From an uncultured bacterium (GTDB taxonomy: Bacteria > Fidelibacterota > Marinisomatia > SCGC-AAA003-L08 > D37C17): DNA of 24,000 bases. The stretch spans positions 3,993-27,992 of the forward strand of contig CAYQPE010000002.1 of the NCBI GenBank assembly GCA_964419445.1. The letters are read 5' to 3'. Positions within the stretch are counted from its first letter, which is position 1, and the number at the start of each line of letters is the position of its first letter. Under the pieces are notes generated by a model that was not told where the DNA came from, ran no database searches, and was given only the letters and a program-made list of their open reading frames with translations. The translations under genes were made by a program, and so were the position numbers. Shown piece after piece: positions 17,599-24,000 of the stretch.

Positions 17599-18089
17599 CC
17601 CAGTAATTCATTCCACATATCAGTTTGTGCACTGATATCAGCATCAAATGCAAATTCACCTTGAATTTCAATTTTCTCGATTAAATCACTCTGTTGAATT
17701 GAATCTACAATTTTTTGATCATAATCAGAAACAACCTTGCCAAAAACAGTATGGTTATTGTCTAGCCATGGTGTTTCTACATGCGTAATGAAGAATTGAC
17801 TCCCGTTGGTTCCTGGACCTGCATTAGCCATAGACAAAATGCCTGGAGTATCATGTTTCAATTCAGGATGAAATTCATCTTTAAATTGATAACCCGGACC
17901 ACCAGTACCTGTACCTAGAGGACACCCACCTTGAATCATAAAATCAGGGATGACTCTGTGAAATGATAAATTGTCATAGTAACCTCGTTTTGCAAGATTG
18001 GTGAAATTTGCAACGGTTAATGGAGTCTTATCTGCGAATAATTCTATGTTTATTTCGCCCTTATTTGTTTTGATTTTTGCTTTTAGCAT
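17595..18089 (-). CDS. ppiB: Peptidyl-prolyl cis-trans isomerase, cyclophilin type (cytoplasmic, PpiB-like)
   Basis: 164 aa. Motifs are [41 protein letters not shown] and HTVFGKV. AGGAGA lies 6 nt upstream of the ATG. Confidence 0.95.
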   Translation of the reverse strand: MLKAKIKTNKGEINIELFADKTPLTVANFTNLAKRGYYDNLSFHRVIPDFMIQGGCPLGTGTGGPGYQFKDEFHPELKHDTPGILSMANAGPGTNGSQFFITHVETPWLDNNHTVFGKVVSDYDQKIVDSIQQSDLIEKIEIQGEFAFDADISAQTDMWNELLG

Positions 18090-18095
18090 ATTTTA

Positions 18096-18101
18096 TCTCC
18101 T
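18096..18101 (-). promoter_or_regulatory. Shine-Dalgarno sequence of ppiB
   Basis: The minus-strand sequence reads AGGAGA, then 6 nt, then ATG (18089-18087). Confidence 0.6.
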
Positions 18102-18108
18102 AATAATT

Positions 18109-18131
18109 AAACCCCTCATGAAAAGGGGTTT
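18109..18131 (-). terminator. Stem-loop immediately 3' of tRNA-Leu (candidate terminator/processing hairpin)
   Basis: AAACCCCT (18109-18116) pairs with AGGGGTTT (18124-18131) around a 7-nt loop. On the minus strand the hairpin starts within the tRNA 3' trailer and is followed by an A/T-rich stretch (TTTAATTATTA). The U-tract is imperfect. Confidence 0.5.
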
Positions 18132-18132
18132 G

Positions 18133-18216
18133 TACCGAGGGTCGGGCTCGAACCGACACGTCCCGAAGGACACCGGATTTTGAATCCGGCGCGTCTACCA
18201 ATTTCACCACCTCGGC
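18133..18216 (-). tRNA. tRNA-Leu (anticodon CAA), type II with long variable arm
   Basis: The 84-nt minus-strand sequence was folded by hand. Acceptor is GCCGAGG/CCTCGGT, the anticodon stem is CCGGA/TCCGG with loop TTCAAAA, the variable arm is GTCC-TTCG-GGAC, and the T arm is GTCGG-TTCGAGC-CCGAC. The discriminator is A. CCA is not encoded (the 3' flank is CA). Confidence 0.92.
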
Positions 18217-18396
18217 AATTTCTGTAAAATCCAGAGTTTAAAATTTACATGTACTCATTCTTTCATTACAATTTATCATTGATGAAAAATAAAAAAACAT
18301 AAGATTTTTTATAATTTTACACATGGGATTCATATTCATTCCTCATTATTTTATATACGTTATTTTTCACAAAGAAATCCTTAAAGAGGGCATCAT

Positions 18397-20229
18397 ATGT
18401 CATACTCCACAATTTCACAAATGTTTGATGTGGCCACCACAGAAAATCAAACTAAGGTTTTATATTATTATAAAAAAGGCAGTAATTGGGTTGGGCTTAC
18501 AGGTAGTGATGTAAGAGAAACAGTTACTCATTTAACTTTTGCTTTACATGAGCACAATATTGGCAATGGATGTAATGTTTCAATTCTATCTAACAATTCT
18601 CCTAGATGGGCGATGAGCGATTATGGTATTATCTGTTCAGGTGGAGCTACTGTAAGTATTTACCCCACACTTATTGCAAGTCAAATTGAATATATCCTTA
18701 ATGATTCTGAATCCAAATTAATTTTCCTTGAAGATCAAGACCAGCTTTCTAAAATAAATGAAATATGGTCTAATTGCCCTCAGCTCAAAAAAGTAATATT
18801 AATGGATGACTCAGATTGTGGTGAGAATGAAAATGTAATTACGTTTTCTGAATTTTTATCACAGGGCAAAAGTGCCATGGAGTCATCTGATAAATCATTT
18901 TCTGATTTTGTTAGTACTGCACAACCTGACGATTTACTCACTTTAATCTATACATCGGGCACCACAGGAAATCCCAAAGGTGTAATGCTTACCCATGGTA
19001 ATTTGATCGCAAATATGGAAGGTATTGGCGATTTAATAAACTTTACTGTAAATGATATCTTCTTATCATTTTTGCCATTGAGTCATGTATTTGAAAGAAT
19101 GGGCGGACATTTCACGGCTTTTAGTATGGGATGTACGGTTTATTATGCTGAGAATATTGAGAAAGTACCTGAAAATTTACAAGAGGCAAAGCCAACCATT
19201 GTATTAAGCGTACCTCGTTTATATGAAAAAATGCATGCAAGAATAATTGATGGTTTAAAATCTGCACCTTCTGCACGTCAAAAGATTTTTTGGTGGGCGA
19301 TAGAAGTTGGAAGAAATTATACTTTATATTCATTGAACAATGAACCCATTCCCTTTATGCTTTCATTAAAACATAAAATTGCAAATAAATTAGTTTATTC
19401 TAAAGTAAAAGAACGAGTTGGTGGAAGATTGCGATTTTTCGTATCAGGTGGTGCACCCCTCTCTCAAGAAATTGGAGAATTTTTCGCCGCAGCCGGGATA
19501 ACTATTTTAGAGGGATATGGTCTTACAGAAACAAGTCCGGTACTTTCTGCAAATTCACCTGAAGCCCTTCGATATGGATCAGTTGGAAAACCTTTATTTA
19601 ATGTAGAGGTGAAAATTGCTGATGATGGAGAAATTATAGCTAAAGGCCCAAGTATAATGAAAGGCTACTATAATAATCAAGAAGCTACAGATGAAGTCCT
19701 TGAAACTGATGGATGGTTCCATACGGGTGATATTGGAGAATATGATGGTGATGGTTTTCTAAAGATTACTGATAGAAAGAAAAATATTTTAGTCACTTCT
19801 GGTGGTAAAAATGTTGCTCCAGCACCATTGGAGAATTCACTGATAACATCACCATATATTGAACAAGTTGTTGTTATTGGTGATAAAAAAAGTTTTATTT
19901 CTGCGCTCATAGTACCTGCCTTTGAGGTAATAAATGAGTATCTTTCCGAAAAAGGAAAAGAAGTTTCATCTGATGCTGCACTGATAGAACATTCAGATGT
20001 GATTTCACTTATTAGCAAAGAAGTAAATAGTGCTATGGATGAATTTTCAAAATATGAACGTGTTAAAAAGTTTGCATTACTTCCACGGCTATTAACTCTT
20101 GAAAATGGTGAGCTAACTCCAACATTAAAAGTAATTAGAAAAACGGTTCTAGCAAATTTTGCAGAATATGTTGATAATATTTATGAAGATGTAAATAATA
20201 AAAATGAAGAAGAATTTATTGGTGGATAG
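18397..20229 (+). CDS. Long-chain acyl-CoA synthetase (AMP-forming fatty acid--CoA ligase)
   Basis: 610 aa. Adenylate-forming motifs are YTSGTTGNPKGVMLTH, GYGLTETS, TGDIGEYDGDGFLKITDRKK and GGKNVAP. AGAGGG lies 6 nt upstream of the ATG. Confidence 0.9.
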   Translation: MSYSTISQMFDVATTENQTKVLYYYKKGSNWVGLTGSDVRETVTHLTFALHEHNIGNGCNVSILSNNSPRWAMSDYGIICSGGATVSIYPTLIASQIEYILNDSESKLIFLEDQDQLSKINEIWSNCPQLKKVILMDDSDCGENENVITFSEFLSQGKSAMESSDKSFSDFVSTAQPDDLLTLIYTSGTTGNPKGVMLTHGNLIANMEGIGDLINFTVNDIFLSFLPLSHVFERMGGHFTAFSMGCTVYYAENIEKVPENLQEAKPTIVLSVPRLYEKMHARIIDGLKSAPSARQKIFWWAIEVGRNYTLYSLNNEPIPFMLSLKHKIANKLVYSKVKERVGGRLRFFVSGGAPLSQEIGEFFAAAGITILEGYGLTETSPVLSANSPEALRYGSVGKPLFNVEVKIADDGEIIAKGPSIMKGYYNNQEATDEVLETDGWFHTGDIGEYDGDGFLKITDRKKNILVTSGGKNVAPAPLENSLITSPYIEQVVVIGDKKSFISALIVPAFEVINEYLSEKGKEVSSDAALIEHSDVISLISKEVNSAMDEFSKYERVKKFALLPRLLTLENGELTPTLKVIRKTVLANFAEYVDNIYEDVNNKNEEEFIGG

Positions 20230-20236
20230 GAGAGAG
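20228..20236 (+). promoter_or_regulatory. Shine-Dalgarno sequence of purM
   Basis: AGGAGAGAG ends 4 nt before the TTG start at 20241 and overlaps the upstream stop codon. Confidence 0.5.
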
Positions 20237-20240
20237 TTTT

Positions 20241-21233
20241 TTGACCACATATAAAGAAGCAGGCGTTGATATTGAAACTGGCGATCAAGCCGTAAAGCGT
20301 ATTGGTGGCCTTGTAAAAAATACATTTACACCGAATACATTAACGGATATTGGTGGATTTGGGGGTTGCTTTCAATTTCCCAAAAATGATTACGATGAAC
20401 CTGTTTTAGTATCAAGTGCCGATGGTGTTGGTACTAAATTAAAAATTGCATTCTTGTCAGGCAAGCATGATACTGTGGGGCAATGTCTAGTAAACCATTG
20501 TGTGAATGATATACTTGCTGTTGGAGCACGCCCCATGTTTTTCTTAGATTATTTTGCAACGGGAAAATTAGAAGTTGATGTCCTAGAGGGTGTAGTAAGT
20601 GGTTTAGCAAAAGCATGTAAAGAAAATAATTGCTCACTAATCGGTGGGGAAACTGCTGAAATGCCAGGATTTTATAAGCCTGGTGATTATGATATGAGTG
20701 GTACTATAATAGGTGTAGTTGATAAAAAATATATGCTTCCAAGTAGAAAAGCAAATTCTGGAGACATATTAATTGGTTTGCCATCAAATGGACTACATAC
20801 TAATGGATATTCACTTGCAAGAAAAGTGCTTTTAGAAGAATTTGATATTGATGATTGGCATGAAGATTTACAGTCCACTATTGGTGATGCCTTACTAAAT
20901 ATTCACAGGTCATATCTTAATGTTGCAGATGCAATCTTAGAAAAAAATTGGCTAAAAGGTATTTCACATATTACAGGTGGTGGAATTGTAAACAATACAA
21001 TGAGAATTTTGAATGATGGTCAATCTCTTGATACAGACTGGAATGCATGGCCACGGTTAGAAATATTTAATTTAATTAAAAAGTTAGGCAATGTTCCAGA
21101 AGATGATATGCGTCAAAGTATGAATTTAGGAATTGGGTTGATCTTAATTGTTTCACCCGATGGTGTTGAAGAATGTGAAGCACATTTAGCATCTATAAAT
21201 GAAACTTACTACAAAATAGGAAAAGTAGTATAA
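20241..21233 (+). CDS. purM: Phosphoribosylformylglycinamidine cyclo-ligase (AIR synthetase)
   Basis: 330 aa with a TTG start. Motifs are YKEAGVDIETGD, DGVGTK, NDILAVGARPMFFLDY, GGETAEMPG, SNGLHTNGYSL and HITGGG. Confidence 0.95.
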   Translation: MTTYKEAGVDIETGDQAVKRIGGLVKNTFTPNTLTDIGGFGGCFQFPKNDYDEPVLVSSADGVGTKLKIAFLSGKHDTVGQCLVNHCVNDILAVGARPMFFLDYFATGKLEVDVLEGVVSGLAKACKENNCSLIGGETAEMPGFYKPGDYDMSGTIIGVVDKKYMLPSRKANSGDILIGLPSNGLHTNGYSLARKVLLEEFDIDDWHEDLQSTIGDALLNIHRSYLNVADAILEKNWLKGISHITGGGIVNNTMRILNDGQSLDTDWNAWPRLEIFNLIKKLGNVPEDDMRQSMNLGIGLILIVSPDGVEECEAHLASINETYYKIGKVV

Positions 21234-21237
21234 GTTC

Positions 21238-22224
21238 GTGAAAATTGCTGTATTAGGTGCAGGTACTTGGGGTACAGCATTATCTCAAGTGCTTGCTGAA
21301 AATGGAAATGAGGTGTGGCTTTGGCATTATAATAATAAATCTGCCGAAGAAATGCAAGTTTCACGAAATCATCCAAATTTGAATTCATTCTCATTCCACG
21401 AAAATATCAATATTATATCAGAATTTAGTAGAATACCCGAAAATACACCACTTGTAATTGCAATTCCATCTCACGTTGTAAGAGAAACTTTAACTAAAAT
21501 GAAAACCTTCAATCCATCTTTGGTGGTTTGTGCATCAAAAGGAATAGAAAACGATTCTATGCAATTGATGTCAGATGTGATAGTTGAATCTACAGGCTGG
21601 AATAATGATAGTATAGTGGCGCTATCAGGACCAAGTCATGCTGAAGAAGTATGCAGGAAAATACCAACAGCTATTGTTGCGGCGTGCTCTAACAAAATTA
21701 ATGCTAAATATATCCAACAGCTATTTTCAAACGAATATTTTAGGGTTTATACAAATACAGATATAATTGGTGTAGAAATTGGTGGTGCAGTTAAAAATGT
21801 TATAGCCATTGCTGGAGGCATTTGCTCTGGACTAAATTTAGGGGACAACACTAAGGCTGCATTGTTAACACGAGGTCTTTGGGAAATTTCACGTCTGGGT
21901 GAGTTTTTAGGTGCAAAAAATGAAACTTTCTTTGGTCTAAGTGGAATAGGAGACTTAATTGTTACTGCTTTTAGTGAACATAGTCGCAACCGTAAAGTCG
22001 GTGAGTTGCTTGCAAAAGGCAATTCCCTTGATGAAGTTTACGGTAAAATGAATATGATTGCAGAAGGAATTAATACTACCAAATCATTATATCAACTTTC
22101 CCAAAAGCATAATATAAATATGCCGATTTGTGAAGAGACATACAAAGTACTTTTTCTACAAAAACCTCCAATGGATGCAATTAAAGATTTGATGCAACGT
22201 GAATTAGTTGATGAAGTCATTTAA
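21238..22224 (+). CDS. gpsA: NAD(P)H-dependent glycerol-3-phosphate dehydrogenase
   Basis: 328 aa with a GTG start. Motifs are the Rossmann IAVLGAGTWGTALS, GPSHAEEV, GGAVKNVIAIAGG, NTKAALLTRGL and NMIAEGINT. Confidence 0.95.
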   Translation: MKIAVLGAGTWGTALSQVLAENGNEVWLWHYNNKSAEEMQVSRNHPNLNSFSFHENINIISEFSRIPENTPLVIAIPSHVVRETLTKMKTFNPSLVVCASKGIENDSMQLMSDVIVESTGWNNDSIVALSGPSHAEEVCRKIPTAIVAACSNKINAKYIQQLFSNEYFRVYTNTDIIGVEIGGAVKNVIAIAGGICSGLNLGDNTKAALLTRGLWEISRLGEFLGAKNETFFGLSGIGDLIVTAFSEHSRNRKVGELLAKGNSLDEVYGKMNMIAEGINTTKSLYQLSQKHNINMPICEETYKVLFLQKPPMDAIKDLMQRELVDEVI

Positions 22225-23833
22225 TAGCGTCTTTTTCCTCGTTCTATTATTTAATAATATTTATCCTCATAACAACACTTGTGGTCTAGGTGCCATTAAG
22301 TATGTTAAACCTAATACTGTAAATATTAAAGATAATGAATTGAACAGAATAGAAAATGGTGTTTTCATAGTAAGAAATTTAGATACTAGATTACCTGAAG
22401 AAATTGATTTTGATTTAATTATTGAAAATTCTGCAGTGAAGTTTTATGCTCAAAAAACTGAAATAGAAAATGGAAATATAGATGTTTCTATTATCGAAGA
22501 TATTTTTAACGAATTTACAAGTACGACTTTTCAAATAAATAATACTGTATATGATGGTGGGATTTTAGGCGCAGAAAAATCTCTGTTAGGCAATCTTCCA
22601 GAGTTTAACCATTCAGATAATAGTGTATACGTACTCTTTGTTGATATTAAAGATCCCTACAATCAACCAAATGAGTTTGTATCTGGCTTTTTTGATCCTG
22701 CTGATCAAGAAATGTGTACCTTTGTAGGCATTTTTGAAAAAGAAGATTGCATTTATCCATATGAATGGAAAAGCGATATTAGATTTAATAGTAGAAATGT
22801 TTTATATATTGACACCAACCCTTTATTTATAAATGCTGAAAATTATCAAAGTAAATTGTTTGTTATTGCCCATGAGTTGCAACATTTACTCCATTGGAAT
22901 TCTGATAAAAAAGAAGGCTATTTTTTTAATGAAAATAAAAATGAATATTTTTTTCATAATCCATGGTTAAATGAAGGGTTGTCTGATTTAATTGCATCTC
23001 TACTTGGTTATGGTGAACGTGATTATAATCCATATTTAAAAGATGTTACTATTGGATTAGATGAATGGGGTTCTACGACAACACTTCCATACTATGCTAA
23101 ATCGGCTTTATTTATGAAGTTTATATATGGACAATACGGAATAAACACTATAAATGATATTTTCCATCATGAAAAAGAGGGTATTGAATCTATTGGGGAA
23201 ATAGTTGATTTAGATTATGTGTTTGAAGAGTGGATTAAGAGTTTAAGTATTGGTTTAATGGGAGAAACAGAAATTGCTGAATATGATAATATATATGAGC
23301 TAGATACTTTTTTTAGTATGGGAAAAGATGACTACCTTTTCTCACGCACAATCGAAATTTCACCATATTCAATTTACCCATTAGGTTTACCTGAATTCAC
23401 TTACTTTGATTCAATTATGATAAATGGAGATTATACATTAATTCAAAGCATAAATAACTCATTTAGTGAAGATTTTGGTGAACTTAATCGTGTAATTTAT
23501 TTTGCTTTAGAGGATTCATTAAAAAATATTGAATCTACTTTTAATTATAGTACAATTGCATCACCTAATAACAGGCATGTATTTATATACCCAAATCCAG
23601 TAACTAGCTCAGAGGTTTCATATTTGCGATTTTTTGGCAATGAATCCATGTCATCTGTCAATATAAAAATAGTTTCTCTATTAGGTGAAATTGTTTCAGA
23701 AAATATATATCAACTTGATGTAAATCATAATTTAGTTATTAGATTCAACCCTAATATTCCTACTGGAGTTTATATGGTTACAGCAAAAACTAAGAGTACT
23801 CAAGAAAATATTAAAATAACGGTATTAAAATAA
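22211..23833 (+). CDS. Secreted putative zinc metallopeptidase (gluzincin-like HExxH...WLNEG) with T9SS C-terminal sorting domain
   Basis: About 540 aa with an N-terminal hydrophobic signal-like segment (SVFFLVLLF). The zinc site is IAHELQHLLH, followed 29 residues after the second His by NPWLNEGLSD. The last ~85 aa match the Por-secretion tail pattern (IYPNPV..., NIKIVSLLGEIV, IPTGVYMVTAKT...IKITVLK). The ATG at 22211 is preferred over the TTG at 22208. Confidence 0.8.
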   Translation: MKSFNSVFFLVLLFNNIYPHNNTCGLGAIKYVKPNTVNIKDNELNRIENGVFIVRNLDTRLPEEIDFDLIIENSAVKFYAQKTEIENGNIDVSIIEDIFNEFTSTTFQINNTVYDGGILGAEKSLLGNLPEFNHSDNSVYVLFVDIKDPYNQPNEFVSGFFDPADQEMCTFVGIFEKEDCIYPYEWKSDIRFNSRNVLYIDTNPLFINAENYQSKLFVIAHELQHLLHWNSDKKEGYFFNENKNEYFFHNPWLNEGLSDLIASLLGYGERDYNPYLKDVTIGLDEWGSTTTLPYYAKSALFMKFIYGQYGINTINDIFHHEKEGIESIGEIVDLDYVFEEWIKSLSIGLMGETEIAEYDNIYELDTFFSMGKDDYLFSRTIEISPYSIYPLGLPEFTYFDSIMINGDYTLIQSINNSFSEDFGELNRVIYFALEDSLKNIESTFNYSTIASPNNRHVFIYPNPVTSSEVSYLRFFGNESMSSVNIKIVSLLGEIVSENIYQLDVNHNLVIRFNPNIPTGVYMVTAKTKSTQENIKITVLK

Positions 23834-23834
23834 T

Positions 23835-23858
23835 CTATTTAATAATGTCGATAAATAG
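23835..23858 (+). terminator. Weak A/T-rich hairpin after the T9SS cargo gene (possible terminator)
   Basis: CTATTTA (23835-23841) pairs with TAAATAG (23852-23858) around a 10-nt loop, followed by CTAATTTTA. The stem is almost all A-T, so its stability is doubtful. Confidence 0.25.
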
Positions 23859-23895
23859 CTAATTTTACCGCCTATAAATTTAGCCAAATACCTTG

Positions 23896-23967
23896 GCCCT
23901 CTTAGTTCAATGGATAGAACAAAGGTTTCCTAAACCTTAGATACAGGTTCGATCCCTGTAGAGGGTA
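23896..23967 (+). tRNA. tRNA-Arg (anticodon CCT)
   Basis: 72 nt, folded by hand. Acceptor is GCCCTCT/AGAGGGT, the D arm is GTTC-AATGGATA-GAAC, the anticodon stem is AAGGT/ACCTT with loop TTCCTAA, the variable loop is the 4-nt AGAT, and the T arm is ACAGG-TTCGATC-CCTGT. The discriminator is A. CCA is not encoded. The architecture matches E. coli argW as I recall it. Confidence 0.9.
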
Positions 23968-23973
23968 CACAAA

Positions 23974-23978
23974 AGGAG
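23974..23978 (+). promoter_or_regulatory. Shine-Dalgarno sequence for the ORF starting at 23984
   Basis: AGGAG lies 5 nt upstream of the ATG at 23984. Confidence 0.4.
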
Positions 23979-23983
23979 TTGTT

Positions 23984-24000
23984 ATGAAAAAAGACGAATT
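23984..24000 (+). CDS. Start of an unidentified CDS running off the 3' window edge (MKKDE...)
   Basis: Support is only an ATG preceded by AGGAG at good spacing. Just 17 nt are visible, so no product call is possible. Confidence 0.3.

Noticed and set aside
17998-18183. Plus-strand 61-aa ORF spanning the ppiB 5' end, the hairpin and half of tRNA-Leu.
   Set aside because: It runs through a tRNA gene and a stem-loop on the opposite strand, so its apparent coding potential is accidental.
18109-18396. tRNA-Leu as an integration site for a genomic island or prophage.
   Set aside because: I found no integrase, no recombinase and no direct repeat of the tRNA 3' half nearby. The flanking genes are core metabolism in the same compact style as the rest of the window.
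18323-18514. A 63-aa ORF in the spacer that overlaps the acyl-CoA ligase start out of frame.
   Set aside because: It has no SD and a hydrophobic, low-complexity translation. The ligase ATG at 18397 has an AGAGGG box at correct spacing and a family-typical N-terminus.
8444-21233. Purine riboswitch or pur operon regulation for purE and purM.
   Set aside because: Neither gene has an upstream leader. purE overlaps the previous gene by 4 nt, and purM has an 11-nt spacer occupied by an SD. There is no room for a riboswitch.
19121-22022. Antisense ORFs in the acyl-CoA ligase, purM and gpsA genes (19121-19333, 19677-20018, 20434-20637, 20687-20878, 21209-21394, 21747-22022).
   Set aside because: All lie opposite strongly conserved enzymes. 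They have Ser/Pro-rich or low-complexity translations and no start signals.
1-24000. CRISPR arrays, tandem or dispersed repeats, IS elements, or defence and toxin-antitoxin systems.
   Set aside because: Reading through both strands I saw no spaced direct repeats, no terminal inverted repeats with a transposase, and no nuclease/ATPase/helicase gene combinations. Essentially every base is accounted for by housekeeping or metabolic ORFs. A computational repeat search (self dot-plot) would be the decisive check.

Overview
This is an AT-rich, very gene-dense bacterial chromosomal segment. It holds 22 protein-coding genes (one cut at each window edge) and two tRNA genes: tRNA-Leu(CAA) on the minus strand and tRNA-Arg(CCT) on the plus strand. 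Only one non-coding spacer is longer than about 65 nt. Most of the content is core housekeeping: lepA, lgt, rnr, purE, purM, accA, gpsA, a cyclophilin, an acyl-CoA ligase and an M20 amidohydrolase. I found no CRISPR array, transposase, integrase, phage gene, toxin-antitoxin pair or recognisable defence system, so the window should not be oversold. Four things deserve a second look. (1) A translationally coupled module holds an MCC/GCC-beta-type carboxyltransferase, an AtuA-family protein split into two ORFs, and a crotonase, with no biotin carboxylase/BCCP subunit in the window. (2) A 678-aa fusion joins a GT2 glycosyltransferase to a WbaP-like polytopic phosphoglycosyl-transferase scaffold. 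Its terminal transferase domain is shortened and lacks the Asp-Glu catalytic dyad. It sits downstream of an orphan RmlD-like reductase and a Dpm1/Ppm1-like synthase. (3) A secreted gluzincin-like HExxH protein carries a T9SS C-terminal sorting domain. (4) Sixteen co-directional genes span 16.4 kb with only 13 nt of non-coding DNA, many GTG/TTG starts, and a convergent gene pair whose stop codons overlap. The T9SS tail, visible Shine-Dalgarno use and low GC suggest a streamlined FCB-superphylum bacterium outside the Bacteroidia, perhaps a marine Marinimicrobia-like lineage. That placement is inference only.
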